Assembly (NCBI GenBank): GCA_027365105.1
Contig: DAHXNZ010000001.1
Location: forward strand, 35,290 to 99,289
Source: Thermoplasmata archaeon
GTDB lineage: Archaea > Thermoplasmatota > Thermoplasmata > Lutacidiplasmatales > UBA184
Reading direction: 5' to 3'
DNA length: 64,000 nucleotides
The position numbers and the translations under genes are program-made. Below are positions 57,801-64,000 of this stretch, one piece after another (the first letter of the stretch is position 1; the number at the start of each line of letters is the position of its first letter). The notes under the pieces are model-generated. The model saw only the letters and a list, made by a program, of their open reading frames with translations, had not been told where the DNA came from and searched no databases.

Positions 57801-59570
57801 CCGACAGTGGCCATAGAGCCGTCCTCGACGCACATTGACGTAGGCATCAACGAGTCCCTGAGAGCCCAGCTGCGGGGAGGAGTGGGGCCGTACTCCTACT
57901 CGTGGTTGGTGGGAGGGACCGCCTACAACAGCACCGCTGTCTCGTTCGCTTGGGCGGCCGCTGGAAACTACACAGTCACGCTCGTGGTCGGGGACGTATT
58001 CGGGCACGACGCCAGCGCCACCGTCCAGATCAGCGTGTACCCGGACCCCACGATCGGAGTCGAGCACGCATCGTCGCTGCCGGTGGTTTCGGTGCCCTAC
58101 ACCCTTACGGCAGTGGTGTCCGGTGGCTATGGCCCGTACCAGTATCTCTGGACCTTCGGAAGCGGTCAACAGGCCAACGGCAGCCAGATTTCGCACGTGT
58201 TCGAGACCGGAGGTCCTCGGACCTACCAGGTGAGGATTACCGACGCGGGCGGCTTCACCGGGGTCACCTCCTTCGACGTCTTGGTGCGGCTCTTCGTCTC
58301 GGCGTCTGAGACCGCTGGCAGCGGCTCGGCGCCGCTTACCGAGTTCTTTCTGGCATCGGCGCTGGGCGGAGCCGGCTACGCCTACAATTGGTCCTTCGGC
58401 AACGGAAACTACTCCGTCTCGCCGAGCCCCCAGGAGACCTTCGGCGCCGGGAACTGGACCGTAGAACTCGAGGTCCGTGCCGCTAACGGAGCGGTGGGAT
58501 TCGCCAACCTGACGGTGATCTCACTTCCGCCTCCGGTGGTCGTCACGTGGACGCCCGCACAGAACATCACGGTAGAGACTGAGGTGAACTTCACCGCCGC
58601 CCCCAGCTGGGTCGCGGGCCAGAACCACACGTCCACGTGGGTGTTCCCGAACGGGGTCCAAGCCACTGGGGATAGGGTCCAGCACGAGTTCAGGCAGTAT
58701 GGAGAGTTCCAGACCGTACTGTTCACCTTCAGCTATTCGGGGGGCAACTACTCCCTAGACATCACCGTGGAAATGCGCCCAGGGGCCCCTACTGCGGTGA
58801 TCGGGGGACTCGCTTCGGATGAGCCCTCAGGCACCCTGTTGGCCCTCAACGGCGCAAAGTCGAGCTCGCCAGACGCGAACATCACTACCTGGCAGTGGTC
58901 GGTCGATAGCCCGACTGCGTCACTGGCCTACTCTGGCACGACCGTATACCTCTACGCGAACGCGACCGGGCGCTGGAATGTGTCTCTGACGGTCCTGGAC
59001 TCGCTGGGCGCCACGGGAACGGCCTCTGTGACGTTCCTCGTGGAGATTCCCGGGAGCTCCCAGAACATCTCGATCCTGGTGCAATCGCACGCCTTCGCGG
59101 ACTCGATGCGGTACAATGTGACCGTAAGGTCCGCCTCCTCCCCGATTAGCGCGGTCGATGCCCTACTCGGTGGGTCCGTCCTGCCGATCACTCGAGTCAA
59201 CGGATCTGGGAACTGGCAGAACTATAGCCTGACGCTCAGCTTCGGTTCCTACAACGCTGGAACGTACTCCCTGGAGATAGTCGCGTTCACCCAGAACGGC
59301 GGCTCGAACTCCACCACTCTCTCGCTCACCATCTCTCCCGTGTCCGGGGTCGGAGGGTTCGACCTTGTCTCCTTCCTCGGAGGACCGACCAACTTCCTGG
59401 TCATCGTCCTGACAGCAATGGGATCCATCGCTGCTGTCGTGGGTCTACGACAGCGGGACACCACGAACATCGACATCGACGGGACCGTACTCACAGGCCG
59501 GCCGGGCGGCGAGTTGCGCCTCAGCAGGCGCAGTAGCACCCCGGGATCAACAAGGAAGGGAGAACAGTAG
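54849..59570 (+). CDS. large PKD/Ig-repeat surface protein with a C-terminal membrane anchor
   Basis: many GG.xPY.Y.W...SF.xxG.Y.V.L.VTDxxG repeats; signal peptide; C-terminal TM. Confidence 0.9.
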   Translation: MRVRLLALLLASSAVLMGLVVVPSASGATGPCSGATPPVFAVYASPNPVHVGATTVLSLDLTGLGSSTPDTVTWYVQNGGNGSLTEVQTKTVARAANYTYNWTALGGYPDWEGTVVGATGCAVTHLTGITEIGGISVSLSQSKDQVDEGATVSYSATVSGGSSYTYRWTGCSSSTATCSHTFTSTGSFSVTVQATDSAGSTNASSVTTRVFPALSLRLSAIPNSADVSTVIEWTAAATGGSGAYEFGGAPGGGAISYAGTQGAVTVCGSQSSYTAPSELNCSAVMGSNVQPGTIQSTACVTDATGESACGSAYVDIHADPSAVIGGPMYVDVGTPATWQGFAINGTAPFNYTWSAGAGTIGTAENLTYSFASPGQYTLRLQVADSATRTAEANLSVTVFSDPVVSATNNLTSTGGKADIGFPVGFSSTASGGVGGYTYRWVLNGVVVGNSSSLSRSFGSPGTYTLIARVTDSAGTVESADTTVTIVANPSVTASSTPSVVDSGSTAQIQATVTGGTGAVSYSWSIAGVEVSTSPSFSHAFGSVGNYSVSVTVTDQDGHTASSQITVQVVPDPSVTIGITPDPADVGIAVVFVGNASGGVGPYNWTWTIGSHTRYGQRVVVAFNASGAHSVRLELSDSESVTATSSTSLAVNADPQVQVSAEFGTVDQGVNDTFSAETLGGSPPINYTWSVNGSVRGWGSQFVAAFGAVGHYNVSVVATDGLGLVSRGYQVVTVTAAPEVEIIGPTKVDYGVAASWIANGSLGTAPYNYTWEVQQSVAGYGAIFRHSFSAVGSLTLGLVLTDSQGGRAWANVTVVVAAFPTAVVTANVTATDLGIPVAATCQVSGGSAPYQYEWIVGGSTAGSESSVTFTGSRAGSIVAECIVTDAAGARATANDTTQINPSPSVSFAIPSPNLDPNTTVTLTASASNGTPAYSYVWMVDGSVVSRSRTANLTFGAPGSYTVELEVIDAVGAIATETRSVAVQPYPTVAIEPSSTHIDVGINESLRAQLRGGVGPYSYSWLVGGTAYNSTAVSFAWAAAGNYTVTLVVGDVFGHDASATVQISVYPDPTIGVEHASSLPVVSVPYTLTAVVSGGYGPYQYLWTFGSGQQANGSQISHVFETGGPRTYQVRITDAGGFTGVTSFDVLVRLFVSASETAGSGSAPLTEFFLASALGGAGYAYNWSFGNGNYSVSPSPQETFGAGNWTVELEVRAANGAVGFANLTVISLPPPVVVTWTPAQNITVETEVNFTAAPSWVAGQNHTSTWVFPNGVQATGDRVQHEFRQYGEFQTVLFTFSYSGGNYSLDITVEMRPGAPTAVIGGLASDEPSGTLLALNGAKSSSPDANITTWQWSVDSPTASLAYSGTTVYLYANATGRWNVSLTVLDSLGATGTASVTFLVEIPGSSQNISILVQSHAFADSMRYNVTVRSASSPISAVDALLGGSVLPITRVNGSGNWQNYSLTLSFGSYNAGTYSLEIVAFTQNGGSNSTTLSLTISPVSGVGGFDLVSFLGGPTNFLVIVLTAMGSIAAVVGLRQRDTTNIDIDGTVLTGRPGGELRLSRRSSTPGSTRKGEQ

Positions 59571-59963
59571 ATGGGGCTATTCGGAGGACCGGGAAGCCGA
59601 AACAAGGTACGCAGCGCAGACAAGAGGACAGCGGAAAGGGACACCCGGCAGATCATGACCGAATCGAAGGAGCTGCGTCGGCAGATCAGCAGGGATATGT
59701 TCCAGCCCGGGCGTGTCACTGCCCGTCAGATTTCCGCGAACCTCGGCAGAATCGATCGGCAGCTCACCGCGCTTGAGAAGCTTCGAGGCGCCGTGACTTC
59801 GAACCACGACAAGTATGCCGAGATCAGCGCGGAGAAGGCCAGGCTCAAGGAGCAGGGCCGAGCTCTCAAGCTCGCGAAGAAGGCGGAGCGCCTTGGCGCC
59901 TCCCCGAAAGAAGTCGCGAAGAGCGGCGGCATTCTCTCGCTGCTGGCGCGGAGGAAGAGGTAG
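59571..59963 (+). CDS. basic all-helical protein (130 aa)
   Basis: TAGATG junctions at both ends; Lys/Arg-rich coiled coil; MGLFG N-terminus. Confidence 0.7.
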   Translation: MGLFGGPGSRNKVRSADKRTAERDTRQIMTESKELRRQISRDMFQPGRVTARQISANLGRIDRQLTALEKLRGAVTSNHDKYAEISAEKARLKEQGRALKLAKKAERLGASPKEVAKSGGILSLLARRKR

Positions 59964-60095
59964 ATGGGCTGGCTGTCCGATCTGACTGGGGCGATCCTGC
60001 TCATCGGGGCGGCGGTGGTGGTAGCCGCGTACTTCGGGATCACTTGGACGACTGTCGTGCACTCGGCATCACAGTTCTGGGGAGGGCTGCCATGA
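59964..60095 (+). CDS. small single-TM protein (43 aa; not in track)
   Basis: MGWLSDLTGAILLIGAAVVVAAYFGITWTTVVHSASQFWGRLP; coupled start and stop. Confidence 0.65.
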   Translation: MGWLSDLTGAILLIGAAVVVAAYFGITWTTVVHSASQFWGGLP

Positions 60096-63000
60096 GGCGT
60101 TATCCGGACTGGATTGCACTCGGCCTTGTAGCCGTCATCCTGGTGAGCGGCGTCTATGTCGCTGCCGCGAACCAGTCACCTCCAAACGATCCCCACGGGG
60201 GTCATCCCATTCCCGCGGGGGTCGCGCTTCCTACTGTGACGGGGCCATTCGAAGGATTGGTGAAATACAACCTCACTGCCGAACCCCAACGGGTCGCCTA
60301 TGACCCAACGACTGGAGAGGCCTTCGTCTCCACTTATGGCCGACTGGAGGTTCTCAACACGAGCAACGGATCGGTAGCGGGGTCTATCACCACTGCTGGA
60401 TCCGCCCCGCAGCACTCCGCTGACTATCCGGTAGTTTACGACCCCCGGGATGGCATAGTGTACGAGGGGATCTACGGGAACGCGACGATCGAGTACGTCT
60501 ATCCCTCCAATCTCACCCACGGCACAATCCCGGTGTACGGGGCTGACTACGCGATGCAGCTACTGTACGATCCGATCGCCGGCAAGGTCATGATAGTGGG
60601 GCCAGCTGGGCACGGATTCTGGACACTCGACGGCCTCACCGCGACTAACACGACGACCCAGTTTGGAGTCGCGGCGAATGCTACCCTGGGCGACCTCTAC
60701 GCAGCATACTTTGGAGCGGCGGGAATGGTATACGTGGCGTCAGCCAATGCGATCGCATCCGGCCATCCGGTCTGGGGACTGAATGCCTCGACATTATCCG
60801 AAGTGTCTTACACGGTCGTCCCTCTTACCTGGCAATGGGGAGATTTCATCCCGGGGAATGGAACCGAGGTTGGTGTAAGTTATGAGGGCTACTTTTCGGC
60901 AGTCAACCTGACATCAGGAAAGGAGACCAATTGGACCTGGACCGCCTCAAGCGTCGGGTCTCCCTACTACTCGCTGGCATACTCTCCCGCGTCTAAGACT
61001 TTTGCATTGGCCTCGAAGCATGATTACGTTCGGCTCTTCTCGCTGACGAATGGGACAGTTTGGGAGGCGGACGTCTCTGGGGCCGTACCCCAGGTGGGCT
61101 ACTTGGGGGGCGCGATCAATGAGTTTGCCGCGAGTTCCTGGAACCCTCCCCAATCCCCTGGAATCGCACTGTTCCTCATCAGTACCGCGGGAAAGGTCCA
61201 ATCAGTGACCACCGGCATGGACACATTCAGCCTGACAGTAGTCGGCAACACGGTTTGGGTCGGAGGATCACAATACGGGAGCTATCCCGATGCTGATGCC
61301 ATTGAGTCATACACACTTAGTGCTCAGACAAGGGAAGTGGTATGGTCGATCATCGGCCAACTACCGCAGTTCGGTTGGGGCATAACCGTGGGTGGGGCGA
61401 ACCATCCGGCGCCGATCGGCAATCGCTCTCTCACAGTAGAGGTGACGTCCAACTATGCTTACAATTGGACTGCGACGGCCAAAGACTACCGCCTCAGCCC
61501 TTCAGAAGGGATGATCCCGGCATCCAATCAGACCCCACCTCTTCTCATCAATCTGACGGCAACCTTGAGCCGGCCGATTGACTTTGCCCAGTCTGGGGGG
61601 AACGCGTCAGGGGCCGACCTGAAGTGGGTCACTCCACCCGGTACAGTGAATGTGACCCTGTTAGAAGGGACCAAGACTGGAAGTGGTGTCGGGTGCAGCG
61701 TTGTATCGAGGGTATCCATCGGGAATGTCTCGTCTGGATTGGATGCTGCATTTGGTTGCGTGGCGGTAGAAACCTGGAACTCGTCAGGAGTTTCCGGGCA
61801 GACTCCTTTCATAAACACAACCCAGTTCCTCCCGGACATGACCTACTTTCAGCTCCCCGGGTGGAACAACCTGTCTGCCTATGCGTACGACAACGCCTGT
61901 GCGTCTAACGCGACCTGTGGCGCGCAGCATCCCCCGGGAGGGATCCAGCAACCACTAATCTCCTGGACGTCGGACGGCGTCTATTATGTCAACGCCACCA
62001 ACCGACTGGTGTACTATTCCTTCCTCAACCGATCAGTCACTCACCACTGGCCATGGATTCCTCTCTACCAGCAGATCATGACCTATCCCGGGATCGAGAA
62101 CACCGAATGGATTACTCCTAACGGGGAGTGGGTCTACACGTTTGGGACGATTAGCCCCGGTGGCACTACGATCACATTCTTCGGCGTGAACATATCCTCG
62201 GGAAAGACTGCAGAACACAATTTCTCGGGGCCGTTCAACCTCTCCTCCAGCGGTCTTTCCACGAACATCCAAGTGAATGTCATCGGCATAGACGGGGAGT
62301 ACAACACAGTAGCCATGCTGTGGGCTCCGGGGCCGTCATTCGTGTTGTGGTCGCTGGTCAATGGCTCTCAGTGGGTGGCGGGGAACGGGGCCATGTTCGG
62401 CCACCTCGGGACCGCGGGTGTTGAGGCCAACAACATCTACTGGGTCCCCGAACTCAATTCTCTGATCGAAATTTACGCCGATGGAGTTCCCACGTCGGGT
62501 TGGACTCAGTTCCTCTGGAATGGCAGTGGATTCCAGAACATATCGTGGGGGCTGATACCCTCACTCTCCAATGGGGTCCAGGGTCTATTCTTCAACCTGA
62601 CGTCCCATCGGCTGTACTCCGATGTTCAGGCGAGCCCAACTACGCAGTATACCTTCTTTTGGGACATCAACGGAACTGCGCTGGGTTCGATCCACCTCGT
62701 GTCGCGATCAATAGAGGTGACGGCTCCTGTGCACCGAATGATGGAGTCTGCCGGGGGCGAAGCAGTAGGCGGAGACAATGTCCCGGGCTATCCTGATGGG
62801 ACAGGGCACTGGGCGACAGCATTCACCGCCAATGGCTCCGTGGAGGCGGCCTCCCCGTACACTATGCTCGGGAGTTGGACATGGACGCCCCAGTCGTTAG
62901 AAGGCCTTGGGTTCGATTCGTCGTACCAGCTGTATCCGCTTCTCAGCGACTGCTATCGCAATCCCTGTGCAATTAGCGGAACGAACGCAAACTGGAGTGG

Positions 63001-64000
63001 AGCGGGCAATGTGGCCCTGGTGGGGGCTGACTCGTTCCCCGCTGGTGCGCCGCTTGTCCTCGGCCCCCCAGCCCCTCCGCTTCTCACCGTCAAACTAACC
63101 GCGTACACGGCGAATCTATCTTGGTCCGAGCCGGCATCCAGTGAGGCCCTGAACTATACCATTTGGTGGGGTGTGGCGGGGAAGCCATTCACACATTCCG
63201 TTTCGCTTCTCCCCACTAACAACTCCTACACCATCGCAGGGCTCAACTCATCCACCCACTACGAGTTTGAGGTCATCGCTCACAACCTCGATTGGTACGG
63301 CAACGGATCTATCTCGGGGCAAACCGCGAACACGTATTCTGTTACCTTCAAAGAATCCGGCCTGCCCGCCGGGAAAAGCTGGTCCATCACCTGGAACGGT
63401 GCAAATTACACGTCTCAGAACGAGACGCTGGCCTTGAGCGCGACGAATGGATCCTACTCGTGGGATATCCCCGCCGAGGGGTCCCTAACACCGAGTCCCT
63501 CTGCAGGTATCACGAACGTCTCGGGAACTGACGTCAGTATCACGGTGACATTCTCCTCATGGTCACCGCCAGCGACACCGAACAGCATCTCCTCCTCCGT
63601 CGTAGGGTCGACCTACGCGATACTTCAATGGGGGGCAGTAGCTGGTGCGCGGAACTACAGCATCTCGGAGGGAGGAACCTGCTCGAGCTTAGGAGCCTCC
63701 CAATCTCTGGGCAACGTTCTCCAGGACAATCTGTCTGGATTGACCCCTGGAACGGGATACTGCATCGGGATTCGCGCCTGGAACGGGACAGTAGGGGTCA
63801 ACCTCACCGACGACACCCAAATCTTTACTGGTGCACCCGTGGTTGCCTCGGTCAATGCCGAGTCTATTGATGTGGACGTCAACTGGCAGAACCCAACCGG
63901 CGAACCGGCAGTGGTGGTAGACGCGGTCTACCTCTACGCGGCAGATGGCTCCTATCTGGGATCTTCTGGTACCGGTGGACCAGCGACCTCGATCATTCTT
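60092..64000 (+). CDS. large secreted adhesin/spike (>1300 aa, runs off the window): YVTN-like propeller, FxESGLP repeat, FnIII domains
   Basis: ATG 60092 (MRRYPDWIALGLVAVILVSG...AYDPTTGEAFVS); the same frame gives VTFKESGLPAGKSWSITWNG at 63341 and GLTPGTGYCIGIRAWNG; absent from the track, consistent with no stop in the window (frame spot-checked, not read end to end). Confidence 0.85.
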   Translation, partial: MRRYPDWIALGLVAVILVSGVYVAAANQSPPNDPHGGHPIPAGVALPTVTGPFEGLVKYNLTAEPQRVAYDPTTGEAFVSTYGRLEVLNTSNGSVAGSITTAGSAPQHSADYPVVYDPRDGIVYEGIYGNATIEYVYPSNLTHGTIPVYGADYAMQLLYDPIAGKVMIVGPAGHGFWTLDGLTATNTTTQFGVAANATLGDLYAAYFGAAGMVYVASANAIASGHPVWGLNASTLSEVSYTVVPLTWQWGDFIPGNGTEVGVSYEGYFSAVNLTSGKETNWTWTASSVGSPYYSLAYSPASKTFALASKHDYVRLFSLTNGTVWEADVSGAVPQVGYLGGAINEFAASSWNPPQSPGIALFLISTAGKVQSVTTGMDTFSLTVVGNTVWVGGSQYGSYPDADAIESYTLSAQTREVVWSIIGQLPQFGWGITVGGANHPAPIGNRSLTVEVTSNYAYNWTATAKDYRLSPSEGMIPASNQTPPLLINLTATLSRPIDFAQSGGNASGADLKWVTPPGTVNVTLLEGTKTGSGVGCSVVSRVSIGNVSSGLDAAFGCVAVETWNSSGVSGQTPFINTTQFLPDMTYFQLPGWNNLSAYAYDNACASNATCGAQHPPGGIQQPLISWTSDGVYYVNATNRLVYYSFLNRSVTHHWPWIPLYQQIMTYPGIENTEWITPNGEWVYTFGTISPGGTTITFFGVNISSGKTAEHNFSGPFNLSSSGLSTNIQVNVIGIDGEYNTVAMLWAPGPSFVLWSLVNGSQWVAGNGAMFGHLGTAGVEANNIYWVPELNSLIEIYADGVPTSGWTQFLWNGSGFQNISWGLIPSLSNGVQGLFFNLTSHRLYSDVQASPTTQYTFFWDINGTALGSIHLVSRSIEVTAPVHRMMESAGGEAVGGDNVPGYPDGTGHWATAFTANGSVEAASPYTMLGSWTWTPQSLEGLGFDSSYQLYPLLSDCYRNPCAISGTNANWSGAGNVALVGADSFPAGAPLVLGPPAPPLLTVKLTAYTANLSWSEPASSEALNYTIWWGVAGKPFTHSVSLLPTNNSYTIAGLNSSTHYEFEVIAHNLDWYGNGSISGQTANTYSVTFKESGLPAGKSWSITWNGANYTSQNETLALSATNGSYSWDIPAEGSLTPSPSAGITNVSGTDVSITVTFSSWSPPATPNSISSSVVGSTYAILQWGAVAGARNYSISEGGTCSSLGASQSLGNVLQDNLSGLTPGTGYCIGIRAWNGTVGVNLTDDTQIFTGAPVVASVNAESIDVDVNWQNPTGEPAVVVDAVYLYAADGSYLGSSGTGGPATSIIL

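Larger units (their letters stand above)
49640..64000 (+). mobile_element. putative integrated provirus/MGE, extending beyond the right window edge
   Basis: all genes on +, many ATGA/TAGATG junctions, lower GC than core genes, RHH + Mom-like + ASCH + membrane/adhesin module; no integrase or att site seen, so the left boundary is approximate. Confidence 0.75.

Noticed and set aside
60176-63882. short track ORFs in the last 4 kb
   Set aside because: Off-frame fragments overlapping the single long frame that starts at 60092.

Overview
Window from a high-GC archaeon of the class Thermoplasmata. This assignment is inferred from archaeal Cdc6, MAT, IPK, Nre and SUI1, thermopsin domains and FxETGLPxG..WSV surface repeats. 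1-9.5 kb is core housekeeping: ALDH, cdc6/orc1, ipk-fni-elp3, mat, nre and tRNA-Pro(CGG). A lower-GC islet follows the tRNA (two secreted proteins, an intact IS1634-like element with TIRs and a 7-bp TSD, an IS66 remnant). Next come an FNR-like reductase, two convergent S53 proteases (one fused to thermopsin), an LLM enzyme, tRNA-Ala(TGC), a sulfur-relay pair (GcvH/LbpA-TusA fusion lacking the lipoyl lysine, plus a rhodanese), SUI1, an ABC exporter, IscA, a hemA-C-D-B-chdC-L-E-H heme operon and a flippase. 43-48 kb carries three paralogous secreted Ser/Thr-rich proteins and an IS110 pseudogene. From about 49.7 kb to the window end is a compact, co-oriented, unclassified provirus-like element. 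It has iteron-like repeats, an RHH protein, a Mom-like DNA-modifying enzyme and an ASCH protein, then a putative envelope/structural module (membrane proteins, three tandem amphipathic paralogs, a 1573-aa PKD protein, and a >1300-aa adhesin missing from the ORF track). All calls come from reading motifs by eye; no searches were run.
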